Of a stretch of 49,385 nt of DNA, positions 1 through 7,792 are shown piece after piece. The notes under the pieces were generated by a model. The model did no database searches. It had not been told where the DNA came from and saw nothing but the letters and a program-made list of their open reading frames with translations. Made by a program: the position numbers and the translations under genes. The first letter of the stretch is position 1, and the number at the start of each line of letters is the position of its first letter. The stretch is taken from the IMG/VR virus record IMGVR_UViG_3300025858_000002. One strand, 5' to 3'. This DNA is from a virus.

Positions 1-127
1 AAGTAATAGCTGTTGCTGGTGATTTAGGTGCGATATTTCCACAAGTTGGTGGTGTTTATCCACAAAGTATGTTCTTTAATATGTTCCTTGGGTGTTCAAA
101 TTTAGTAAGTGTTAGAGGTGATATATT
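1..127. repeat. Terminal overlap identical to 49259..49385 (circular closure; unit genome 49,258 bp)
   Basis: First and last 127 nt of the window are identical by direct comparison. One reading frame runs through the junction. Confidence 0.9.
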
Positions 128-875
128 CAAGACTATTTATGGTGCTACATCTGTAAATATGTTTAGAGGAACATTTCAAAGTACAAAATTGGCTACAATA
201 CCTGCTTCATTATTCTCAGGTTTAACTGGAGCTCCTGCTAGTAGCTGTTTCAATGGTTGCTTTAGTGGAACAAAAATTAAAGAAGTTCCAGCAACGTTAT
301 TCCATACTATGTCCGGTACACCAGCATCTGCGGCATTCCAGACTATGTTATTAACTACACCAATTACCACTTTACCTGTGGAATTATTCTCAACATTTAG
401 TGGAGCACCAACATTTGGATTGTTCCAATCAATGTGTTCTAGTTGCTTTGCACTTAAATCATTACCTGCGGGCTTATTCTCAATGTTTGGTGGAGCTACG
501 GCGACAGGTATGTTTTACAATGTATTTTCCAATAGTGGGTTAGAATCAGTGCCAGACAATCTATTTGGAACATTTACTGGTAATCCAACATCTAATTGCT
601 TTAATGGTATGTTCTATAACTGCGTAAATCTTGCTACAGTAAGTGATAAGATGTGGGATATATCAGGTATGAATAATACATCTGCAGCAACTATATTTGA
701 TAATTTGTTCAAAGGATGTTCAAAGATGACATCATCTTCACCAACATTGGCTTATGGTAATACAACGAAACTTTGGGAAAAATTCACTGCATATACACCA
801 TCGCCATCAACTAAACCATTTACAAACTGTACACTTATGGCAGATTATGATAGTGTACCATCAACTTGGAAATAA
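1..875 (+). CDS. DUF285/BspA-like 26-residue-repeat protein, 3' part (5' part is 48895..49258 across the circular junction; about 412 aa in total)
   Basis: Frame 3 is open from base 3 to TAA at 873-875. It carries about 27-aa periodic repeats (F..C/G.F.....I/L..V/LP..LF....G). The last repeat, MFYNCVNLATVSDKMWDISGMNNTSAATIFDNLFKGC, resembles the DUF285/26-residue surface-protein repeat. Confidence 0.7.
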   Translation, partial: VIAVAGDLGAIFPQVGGVYPQSMFFNMFLGCSNLVSVRGDIFKTIYGATSVNMFRGTFQSTKLATIPASLFSGLTGAPASSCFNGCFSGTKIKEVPATLFHTMSGTPASAAFQTMLLTTPITTLPVELFSTFSGAPTFGLFQSMCSSCFALKSLPAGLFSMFGGATATGMFYNVFSNSGLESVPDNLFGTFTGNPTSNCFNGMFYNCVNLATVSDKMWDISGMNNTSAATIFDNLFKGCSKMTSSSPTLAYGNTTKLWEKFTAYTPSPSTKPFTNCTLMADYDSVPSTWK

Positions 876-885
876 GGAGTTTAAA

Positions 886-1008
886 ATGCCTATACATAAA
901 AAAGATGGTGGTTATCAATGGGGAAGTCACGGTAAAGTTTATCCAACCAGAGCAGGTGCTGAAAAACAAGCAGCCGCCGCTTATGCACACGGTTACAAAG
1001 GGAAATAA
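886..1008 (+). CDS. Hypothetical small protein (40 aa, MPIHKKDGGYQWGSHGKVY...)
   Basis: Internal ATG of ORF-track 754..1008, with AAGGAG about 7 nt upstream, directly after the stop of the preceding gene. Confidence 0.5.
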   Translation: MPIHKKDGGYQWGSHGKVYPTRAGAEKQAAAAYAHGYKGK

Positions 1009-1019
1009 TAGGATTAAGA

Positions 1020-1448
1020 ATGTCACCTACTAAATTTACATTTATATTATTAACAGCTATCTTGAGCTTTTTTGCTCCATTATATACATTGCTTCTTTGG
1101 ATGTTTATGTTTGTCATTGCTGATCTATTCACAGGAATGTGGGCAGCTAAGAAATGCGGCATCTTGTTAGAATCACACAAACTCAGAAAGACAGTAAGCA
1201 AGACAACATTGTATGCAATGGCAGTAGTCCTTTTACACGCAATAGATACTCAAATGTTACCGTTTGCATCTCTTCAATTAGCTAGGGTTGCTACAGCTAT
1301 AATTTGTGCTATTGAATTGTATTCAATCTTTGAAAATTCATATAAAATAACAGGGAATAGAGTATTCTGGATTCTCACACAGTTCACATCTAAAAAGATA
1401 GAAGAAGTTAGTGGTGTAGATATAGAAGAAGTAAATGACAAAGCGTAA
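1020..1448 (+). CDS. Holin-like membrane protein (phage_holin_4-like)
   Basis: Three to four hydrophobic helices. The motif IADLFTGMWAAKK...KLRKTVSK resembles the D..TG...A..K holin family signature. Confidence 0.55.
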   Translation: MSPTKFTFILLTAILSFFAPLYTLLLWMFMFVIADLFTGMWAAKKCGILLESHKLRKTVSKTTLYAMAVVLLHAIDTQMLPFASLQLARVATAIICAIELYSIFENSYKITGNRVFWILTQFTSKKIEEVSGVDIEEVNDKA

Positions 1449-1764
1449 AGATATATATAGTTTAGATGGGCAATATGTAGTTTGTTATATTTGTGGCAAA
1501 CAGATAATGCCTAACGAAAAAATAAGTAAAGATCACGAAAACCCAGTAGCTAGGTTCCACGATAATAGTGATAAGAATAAGCATATAACTCACTTTGATT
1601 GTAATTGTGAGAAAGGTATGCTGACAATAGAAGAGTACAAGATATGGAAAATATTTGATATGGTTAGGAATGGTAATAAAGATCCTAAATATGTCAAAGC
1701 AGTTGAGAAGTTAACTACTTTGGTAAGAACCATTGTAAACGACAACAAAAGGTTAGAAAAATGA
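1435..1764 (+). CDS. HNH-like endonuclease
   Basis: CYICGK...DHENPVAR...NKHITHFDCNCEKG fits the C..C...DH..P....N....C..C..KG layout. Confidence 0.5.
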   Translation: MTKRKDIYSLDGQYVVCYICGKQIMPNEKISKDHENPVARFHDNSDKNKHITHFDCNCEKGMLTIEEYKIWKIFDMVRNGNKDPKYVKAVEKLTTLVRTIVNDNKRLEK

Positions 1765-2009
1765 ATAAAAAAGTCAAAAAACAATCTTATTTTAATAAAT
1801 GCTGGCACGAATTCCTGACTTGGTATAAACCACAATGGGAAAAAGCCTGGGAAGATTTAAAAGACGCTATTATAATGTTATTATCTGCAATTAAGACTTG
1901 GTTCTTATTTGTAGTCACGACATTCGGCGTTGGTGTATGGAAACTTGTAGTTAAACCTATCTTTGGTAGAATGTGGAATAAGTTAATTGCTTGGATCAAG
2001 AGAATATAA
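1761..2009 (+). CDS. Hypothetical membrane protein
   Basis: ATGA start/stop overlap with the upstream gene. One central transmembrane segment (LLSAIKTWFLFVVTTFGVGVW). Confidence 0.5.
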   Translation: MNKKVKKQSYFNKCWHEFLTWYKPQWEKAWEDLKDAIIMLLSAIKTWFLFVVTTFGVGVWKLVVKPIFGRMWNKLIAWIKRI

Positions 2010-2014
2010 GTTAC

Positions 2015-2072
2015 GGGGGCTGGGTTCATCATTCTTTTCCTTCCTTTTCCTCTAAAGAGGAAGCCCCCACCT
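2015..2072 (+). ncRNA. tRNA-like minihelix RNA (element Z): GGGGGCU/AGCCCCC terminal stem followed by ACCU
   Basis: A 7-bp perfect helix joins 2015-2021 and 2062-2068. Hairpin UCCUC-UAAA-GAGGA (2048-2061) abuts its 3' strand. The interior has a CU-rich tract. The element ends 14 nt before ATG 2086, just ahead of SD AAGGA. Confidence 0.45.
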
Positions 2073-2085
2073 ATAAGGATAAAAT

Positions 2086-2433
2086 ATGAAAAAATACATT
2101 GTAGTTCTTTCTGTATTAGCTTTATTCGGTTGTGCTAAGACTAGTGCTACTGATAATGCAACAAATGCTGCTACATCGCAAATAAACAACATTCATAATA
2201 CCGTTAATAACATTCAGAATGGGCTAAGTAAAGAATGTAAGACTGTGAATGTTATGAATCAATTAAAGACTATTAACAATCAAATTGATACATTAAAAAA
2301 GCAGGTACAAACTATACCTGCTGTTTGTAGTGCTGAAAAAGACACCTTAAAGGCTGATAATAAAAAGTTAATAGCTTATTTGGTAGTATCTTTAGCAGCT
2401 TGTGCTTTCTTGGCTTTCCGTAGAGCATCATAA
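2086..2433 (+). CDS. Lipoprotein with C-terminal transmembrane helix (unimolecular-spanin-like)
   Basis: Lipobox LALFGC at residues 12-17. C-terminal hydrophobic helix LIAYLVVSLAACAFLAF. SD AAGGA upstream. Confidence 0.5.
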   Translation: MKKYIVVLSVLALFGCAKTSATDNATNAATSQINNIHNTVNNIQNGLSKECKTVNVMNQLKTINNQIDTLKKQVQTIPAVCSAEKDTLKADNKKLIAYLVVSLAACAFLAFRRAS

Positions 2434-3104
2434 GAGTGAATAATACCAGTTGTATGTTTGATATATAATTCTTCTCTTGCTGCAACTGCTTCTTCTAAAG
2501 TCTTACAACTCTTAATATGATGAACACCACCAACTGTTATCTGGGCTATCCATCTATTTGTTTGCGTTATATAGGTAACACCCCTATAACCAGACTTATT
2601 GTTCTTGAATAATTTATCATTTCTAAGATTATTTACTTGGGCGTGTTGAAAAACACCAGCTCTTTGTAAGTGTTCTTTAATACCGATTCTATCAATTTCT
2701 TTTATAAGATTGCCTGGGTGTGAACAACTACAGGATTGCCATCTACCTGCTATTACTGAGGCTGCAGAAGCTAGCGTAATATTGCCACACTCACAAGTAC
2801 ATAAAAACTTAACTGTTTTATTAACATAAGTAACATTATTAACTGTTAACTTATTGAATTTTTTACCTGTGTATTTAAGGTATTTAGCCATTGCTTCTTT
2901 TATATGTTTATTTTTTACACATTTTGGGCAGCTCTTAGTAGCACCATTAACAACAGAATTCTTCCTTGCCACAATATATTCGCCACAATCGCATCTAAAC
3001 AGCCAGTATTGGTGGCTTTGTCTTGAATCGTGATTATGATGATCAAAGCGAATAGCTGTTAAGTTATTATAGTGTTTTCCTGTTATATCTATATTTACTG
3101 GCAT
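2376..3104 (-). CDS. AP2-domain DNA-binding protein with two Cys-rich repeats
   Basis: SGYRGVTYITQTNRWIAQITVGGVHHIKSCKTLEEAVAAREE is AP2-like. Two repeats have the form NxLT...(W)LF.C.C.CG......V..G...SC.C. Confidence 0.6.
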   Translation of the reverse strand: MPVNIDITGKHYNNLTAIRFDHHNHDSRQSHQYWLFRCDCGEYIVARKNSVVNGATKSCPKCVKNKHIKEAMAKYLKYTGKKFNKLTVNNVTYVNKTVKFLCTCECGNITLASAASVIAGRWQSCSCSHPGNLIKEIDRIGIKEHLQRAGVFQHAQVNNLRNDKLFKNNKSGYRGVTYITQTNRWIAQITVGGVHHIKSCKTLEEAVAAREELYIKHTTGIIHSYDALRKAKKAQAAKDTTK

Positions 3105-3115
3105 TCTTCATCCTT

Positions 3116-3322
3116 TTAGTCGCCCAATAAGCTATCAATGTATTCCTGTTGGTATCTAATCGAGTCATTGGCTTGAGATAGATTAGAAACACATTCTGCT
3201 AATTGTTTGTTTTTACTTAACTGTTTATCAATAGACGAATCTATAATAAAGGAGTTAATGATTGTAAAAAAACATCCTACAAGTGATACTAATAGGATTG
3301 TTGCAATGTTGTCTTTAAGCAT
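3116..3322 (-). CDS. Membrane-anchored coiled-coil protein (i-spanin- or holin-like)
   Basis: N-terminal transmembrane segment ILLVSLVGCFFTIINSFII followed by a polar helix. It overlaps the 3' end of the lysozyme gene. Confidence 0.4.
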   Translation of the reverse strand: MLKDNIATILLVSLVGCFFTIINSFIIDSSIDKQLSKNKQLAECVSNLSQANDSIRYQQEYIDSLLGD

Positions 3323-3807
3323 AAGTTATATTCCTCTTTCCTTCTTTTTATTATTCCATCATTCTTTTTATCTTTAACCTTTCTATAAGTTAAAATTTTA
3401 GAACAATTCATACTACCTTGTTTGTTAATAAATACTTTGGCTTTATTACCACCAAGATTGTATTCTAGTGATGCATATACGGCGTATTGTGCCATATTTA
3501 ACGTTTTAGGCACCTTATTCCAAACATTGGCGTGTAAGTAAGCTACCATACGCTTTTCTGCTTGTACGCGGCTTATATTGCGTTCTCCTGGTATTTCTGT
3601 TTTACCATTTGGTCCATAAGGTAGAATCCAGCCATAAGATCCTGTTCCGTATCCTATTGACCATCTGCCGCCTGGGCAGAGGTATGAATATGATCTATAA
3701 TCCTCTAAGGATTTTATAAATTCTACAGCAAATTTTTGTTTCGCTGAAATTGGTGGCTCTGGGGAAGGTTCCCTTATAGCACATCCTAATGCTAGGATGC
3801 CTAACAA
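3289..3807 (-). CDS. Lysozyme-family endolysin (GH24-like)
   Basis: FIKSLEDYRSYSYLCPGGRWSIGYGTG resembles the E...Y.D..G..TIGYG lysozyme core. The N-terminus LGILALGCA looks like a signal or lipobox. No in-frame ATG, so a TTG start at 3807 is inferred. Confidence 0.6.
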   Translation of the reverse strand: MLGILALGCAIREPSPEPPISAKQKFAVEFIKSLEDYRSYSYLCPGGRWSIGYGTGSYGWILPYGPNGKTEIPGERNISRVQAEKRMVAYLHANVWNKVPKTLNMAQYAVYASLEYNLGGNKAKVFINKQGSMNCSKILTYRKVKDKKNDGIIKRRKEEYNLCLKTTLQQSY

Positions 3808-3843
3808 AGTCTTATAAAAGTTTGAAATGGTTAATTCTCTTAG

Positions 3844-3963
3844 TTAGAACTTTACCCAAATCCCTGCTACAGTTTTTACATACCGTGCGTTCTTATAGAT
3901 AAAGTCTGTTACTCCATAAGTTTGTTCAATATACTCACCTAAAAAGTTAATACCTAATTTCAT
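3844..3963 (-). CDS. Hypothetical small protein (39 aa)
   Basis: Own translation MKLGINFLGEYIEQTYGVTDFIYKNARYVKTVAGIWVKF. It fills the gap between 3965..4255 and the lysozyme gene. Confidence 0.35.
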   Translation of the reverse strand: MKLGINFLGEYIEQTYGVTDFIYKNARYVKTVAGIWVKF

Positions 3964-3964
3964 T

Positions 3965-4255
3965 TTACACCTCTTTTTCGTTTAAATCAATTTTTTTCCA
4001 AAAGTTCTTTGCACTTGGTCTATCGTTGTAATGGTTCCAATTTGCTATAGAAGCATCTCTAGATGAGCCTAGAAATTCATAAGGATCCCAACAATCACAA
4101 GTTTTTGTTATAGATGGACAAAATAATCCATTCTTGTCTGTATATTCTTTTGTCTTATATCTACCGTGGCATTGTGTATAGTACATATCCATTAACTTAA
4201 CAGTTATAGGTAAGTTTCCACACTTTTTACACGGCACAGGTTTTTCTTTATTCAT
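3965..4255 (-). CDS. Hypothetical Cys-rich (zinc-ribbon-like) protein
   Basis: ORF track. CKKCGN...C...C.C pattern. Start/stop junction with the upstream gene. Confidence 0.5.
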   Translation of the reverse strand: MNKEKPVPCKKCGNLPITVKLMDMYYTQCHGRYKTKEYTDKNGLFCPSITKTCDCWDPYEFLGSSRDASIANWNHYNDRPSAKNFWKKIDLNEKEV

Positions 4256-4602
4256 TATTCATTTCCTTCTAACAATCTTTTTAATGTTTTCCACTTATTA
4301 CTTGTGAATAGATAATTTAAAGTATTGTATTCATTATCTAACTTTATATGGAGTTCATTCCAAAAAACTATCGTTTCATAGAAGTTTTCCCGTGTGTAAT
4401 CCAAAAACTCTATTGATTGTTCCTCAGTAATAAGCTTTACTTTTTCCTGCCAAGCTAAGAATTGTATATCATACCCTAATTGGTCTTCTAGTTGTTCTAA
4501 ACTAGTTTCACAACAATACCTAGCAAAATGTACAATTTCTCGACGTTTATAAAATAACTCAGTTATTTCAGAAATATCGATTATACATTCTTTATCAATC
4601 AT
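4255..4602 (-). CDS. Hypothetical protein
   Basis: ORF track. Overlaps both neighbours within the same-strand operon. Confidence 0.5.
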   Translation of the reverse strand: MIDKECIIDISEITELFYKRREIVHFARYCCETSLEQLEDQLGYDIQFLAWQEKVKLITEEQSIEFLDYTRENFYETIVFWNELHIKLDNEYNTLNYLFTSNKWKTLKRLLEGNE

Positions 4603-4982
4603 AGTATATTATCTTTAATCTTTTGTAGTTGGTCTTCAAAATACTCAGCTCTTGTAATACCCCGCGTTATACACAAAGATAATAAGTTTCTATTAGCTAG
4701 CTGTCTTAATTCGTCCATCAGCGTTTCTGATACTGCTGGTTTCAATTTACCGGCGTGTATTGCCGCGTGACATTCTGCACAAACAGGATATAAGTTAGGC
4801 AAATAGAATCTTGTTAAAGGATTAGATCGAGGAATTATATGATGTATATGTTCAGCTGGTCTTACTATATATCTTTCTGCACAAGATCTACAAAGTCTAT
4901 TGTGACGTAACTGAGGATATAGTTTATCACACCGATCATAGACTTTTTGTTCGTCATTTACGGCTAATCTTTTATATCGCAT
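4599..4982 (-). CDS. HNH endonuclease
   Basis: CRSC...HIHHIIPRSN...CAECHAAIH is a classic HNH layout. Confidence 0.75.
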   Translation of the reverse strand: MRYKRLAVNDEQKVYDRCDKLYPQLRHNRLCRSCAERYIVRPAEHIHHIIPRSNPLTRFYLPNLYPVCAECHAAIHAGKLKPAVSETLMDELRQLANRNLLSLCITRGITRAEYFEDQLQKIKDNIL

Positions 4983-4998
4983 AATAATCTCTTAAATT

Positions 4999-5079
4999 TG
5001 GTGGCGGTGTGATTCAGAGGAGAGAGAAAGTAGGAAGGGAGTCCGAATCATTTATAATTGTAGTCAAACAATCACCGCC
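4999..5079 (-). ncRNA. tRNA-like minihelix RNA (element A): GGCGGUG/CACCGCC stem followed by ACCA
   Basis: On the minus strand a 7-bp perfect helix joins 5079-5073 and 5009-5003, followed by A-CCA (5002-4999). A 6-bp helix UGAUUC/GAAUCA (5050-5045 with 5015-5010) abuts it and closes a 29-nt CU-rich loop. There is no anticodon arm. Confidence 0.5.
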
Positions 5080-5086
5080 GTAAACC

Positions 5087-5431
5087 TTAGAATGGAATAT
5101 CATCACCAAAATTTGTATTAGAACGAGCTATATCCGCACCTTCTGGCGAGGTAAAGCTTTTGAGTTCAAAATTAGTAAAATATTTTCCTGTTGAACTTTG
5201 GGATGTTGTAATGTTAACAGTTGCTTTTACCCTATCACCTGCTCTAAGCATTCTTGCCGTTTCTTCCAAGAATTTAGGTACTCTACAAGTTAATACTGCT
5301 TCTTTTGGACCAAACTTAGTTTCTGATTTGTGGCAAATAATTAACTCACGGAACATAAAGTTACCGTTTGATGTCTGACGTTCTGTTTGTGTATTTTTTA
5401 ATACTTCAAATGTTTCTGTTACTGTTAGCAT
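5087..5431 (-). CDS. ssb: Single-stranded DNA-binding protein
   Basis: OB-fold-sized protein ending in the acidic SSB tip GDDIPF. Confidence 0.7.
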   Translation of the reverse strand: MLTVTETFEVLKNTQTERQTSNGNFMFRELIICHKSETKFGPKEAVLTCRVPKFLEETARMLRAGDRVKATVNITTSQSSTGKYFTNFELKSFTSPEGADIARSNTNFGDDIPF

Positions 5432-5434
5432 ATT

Positions 5435-5725
5435 TTATCCTAATTTTATAAATGTTTTTGTTGTGTATTGTGGTTCCTCGTATTGGAAGGATTCCACATC
5501 TCCTATTGTAAAAAAGTCGCTTATTTCTTGCAAGGACTTTCTTATCAATTCGTATTTATCCTTATCTAGGTTAACCTCTCTGCAGAGGAATAGATAAGAA
5601 TGTAGCACAGCTAAGAATACATCTAAGCCCTGCTCTGTTGATTTTTCCAATCCTAGTTGTTTTCTACCAGAATTGAAGTTTTGGGCAAACAGTTCTCTAT
5701 TTACCGGTGGTACTATATGTCGCAT
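5435..5725 (-). CDS. Hypothetical protein
   Basis: ORF track. Tightly packed within the recombination module. Confidence 0.5.
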   Translation of the reverse strand: MRHIVPPVNRELFAQNFNSGRKQLGLEKSTEQGLDVFLAVLHSYLFLCREVNLDKDKYELIRKSLQEISDFFTIGDVESFQYEEPQYTTKTFIKLG

Positions 5726-6309
5726 ATTTCTTTTACCTTTTGTATATTTTCCACTAGGGAAGCTCTTATCTCTTCTATCTTTTCTTCATCTCTTTCTACG
5801 ACATCAATTTCCATTGGGAACCTAGGGTGATATACAATATAGTAGCATTTCTGCCGCTCAGTAACCATCAGATTGAATTGAACTTGAGTCCTATAAATAG
5901 GTGGTATTTTCTTTGTTTTAAGGTATTTCATAAACTCCTTTAGTTGAAGGCATTTAATTTCAATAATGGAATCATCACCTACTAGACCATCTGGACTACA
6001 ACCTACCCAACCAGCAAATTCGTTATCACAATCTACAAAACCTACTTCTTTAACGTCTAGATCAGTAGTTGCCATAAATAACCTACGAGCTTCTGGTTCG
6101 AGGAGATTTCCCCGTTCCATAGCTCTAGACTTGTATTCATCATCATCTGTATCCTGGATAATTCTTTCCCCTGCTAGACCATACAAACGGTCTTTCTTAG
6201 TTTCCGAATCCCCTAACATAACGTGATAATTACTACCAGTGAATTTGCCTAGCCTAATTTGCTTCCATTCATCAGTTCCTTGAATGATATTATAATGAGG
6301 CTTTGGCAT
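5713..6309 (-). CDS. YqaJ/lambda-Exo-like recombination exonuclease
   Basis: GTDEWKQIRLGKFTGSNYHVMLG plus the D...IIEIKC motif. Confidence 0.8.
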   Translation of the reverse strand: MPKPHYNIIQGTDEWKQIRLGKFTGSNYHVMLGDSETKKDRLYGLAGERIIQDTDDDEYKSRAMERGNLLEPEARRLFMATTDLDVKEVGFVDCDNEFAGWVGCSPDGLVGDDSIIEIKCLQLKEFMKYLKTKKIPPIYRTQVQFNLMVTERQKCYYIVYHPRFPMEIDVVERDEEKIEEIRASLVENIQKVKEICDI

Positions 6310-6577
6310 CTTTATCTTCTCCTAATAGCAATTTCATAAGTTTATCATTTGGAACATTATCCATAAGGCGTTTGGAAAATACTGCAGCTGCTGGAACAAT
6401 CAATTCTTTTTCCCTATCTTCCATTACGGCAGGACGTTTACCACCTGTAGTTTCTATAAAGTCCATCATAAACATATCTAACCAAACAGTTGTTGCTTGA
6501 ATTAGAATTTTAGTTATTGCTTTATGTTCCTTTGAGAATTCTGGGTGCTTTTCAAATAAATCTTCTACAAACGACAT
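6290..6577 (-). CDS. Hypothetical protein
   Basis: ORF track. Overlaps both neighbours. Confidence 0.5.
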   Translation of the reverse strand: MSFVEDLFEKHPEFSKEHKAITKILIQATTVWLDMFMMDFIETTGGKRPAVMEDREKELIVPAAAVFSKRLMDNVPNDKLMKLLLGEDKDAKASL

Positions 6578-7137
6578 TATTTATCCTCCATTTGTTTTAC
6601 TTTCTTATCAATTAAGGTTTGTGCCTTTGTTGCGGTTAATTGTGCAAGATCTGTTATTTGCAACAATTCCAACAACTTAGCAACGTTTGTGTTTTCTTCA
6701 AGCCATTTTCTTTGTTCTGCTGTAATCATAAGCTCTTTATTGCCCATTGTGCCTGCTGTGGAGTCAAACAAGTCTGGTGCTACAATATCGAAAGCCATTA
6801 GCAATAAATAGCGGCGTTGATAAGTTTCTACACCACCTAAAGCCTGTATAGCATTAGAACCAGGAATTGCAATTTCTTTCATTGGTGAAGTGAAAGTTAC
6901 ACTTTTATCTGTATCTTCAATATCAAAAACAGTCATTGTAGCAAATTCACTAGAAAACCTTGTTTGGAGATAGACCCCGTATTTATTACAAAGTTGTGTT
7001 ACCGCTGGTATGATATCTTCTAATTGGAAATATTCAAACTTAGCGTGTGTATTATGTCCAGACTTACCTAACTTAGTGTTAAGTAATTCCGTTTTTATTA
7101 GATTCATCTTCTGATATATATTCATCTTTTCTGTCAT
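6577..7137 (-). CDS. erf: ERF-family single-strand annealing protein
   Basis: MNIYQKMNLIKTEL...KSGHNTHAKFEYFQLEDIIPAV matches the ERF N-terminal signature. Confidence 0.75.
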   Translation of the reverse strand: MTEKMNIYQKMNLIKTELLNTKLGKSGHNTHAKFEYFQLEDIIPAVTQLCNKYGVYLQTRFSSEFATMTVFDIEDTDKSVTFTSPMKEIAIPGSNAIQALGGVETYQRRYLLLMAFDIVAPDLFDSTAGTMGNKELMITAEQRKWLEENTNVAKLLELLQITDLAQLTATKAQTLIDKKVKQMEDK

Positions 7138-7309
7138 TTCTTATCCTTTTATTTAATTTGCACTTTTGGTTTAATTAGACCTTTACTATGAATGGTACAA
7201 ACCATATCAACTGGGGTGCAATATTAGATCTCTTGACTCTTACGAGCATTAAACCCAATTAGTCCGGAAAGTGCGAACGAACTTCAAAGGAGGCATACAC
7301 CCCAACCTC
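7138..7309 (-). ncRNA. Structured intergenic RNA (element E)
   Basis: Long-range helix UGGGGUG/CACCCCA joins 7304-7298 and 7218-7212. GNRA hairpin CUC-GUAA-GAG. Hairpin AUGGU-UUGU-ACCAU. No ORF. Confidence 0.3.
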
Positions 7310-7777
7310 TTAGTTGCCATTTACGGCACGTTCAAACATAACCTTTGTAGCTTCTTCTTTCGTTAACAGTTCTTTATCGTGAACAACCAATGATAAAGCT
7401 CCGTTATCCAGACGGATTACTTCATAGATTCTTTTTTCTGGTTCTTTCTTTTCTACTCTGTACGTTGGTAAAGTAGTTAGTTCAGTTGGTGCTTCAATAG
7501 GTTTAACTTCCTTTGCCCCTTCTATAATGAATTTTGGTTCAAACAATTTAGAAGAGAAAACCGGCAATGTTGGGTATGATCTGTTTCTATAATTTGAAAT
7601 GTTAGTATTTATAGCAGCTTTGATATCGCTAAAAGCCTTTTCTGGTACACCAGACTTAGCAGTACACATACCCTCTATAACCAATCTGTTTATTGTTCCA
7701 GCAGGGGTAAAAGGCAATTCTAACCAGTAGAAAAACTTGGTACCTCTGATGTGTTTGTAGTTTACAATTATTTTCAT
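7310..7777 (-). CDS. Hypothetical protein
   Basis: ORF track. No motif recognised. Confidence 0.5.
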   Translation of the reverse strand: MKIIVNYKHIRGTKFFYWLELPFTPAGTINRLVIEGMCTAKSGVPEKAFSDIKAAINTNISNYRNRSYPTLPVFSSKLFEPKFIIEGAKEVKPIEAPTELTTLPTYRVEKKEPEKRIYEVIRLDNGALSLVVHDKELLTKEEATKVMFERAVNGN

Positions 7778-7792
7778 TCTTTTTCCTTTTTG

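Noticed and set aside
176-1201. Antisense ORF-track entries 176..370(-), 835..1026(-) and 890..1201(-). The same type occurs throughout the window, for example 5160..5378(+), 5966..6226(+), 9583..9930(+), 24105..24365(-), 28882..29310(-), 29916..30266(-), 31786..32148(-) and 35119..35448(-).
   Set aside because: They lie inside, and antisense to or out of frame with, longer genes that have recognisable motifs and operon context. They lack SD sequences and are low-complexity shadow frames.
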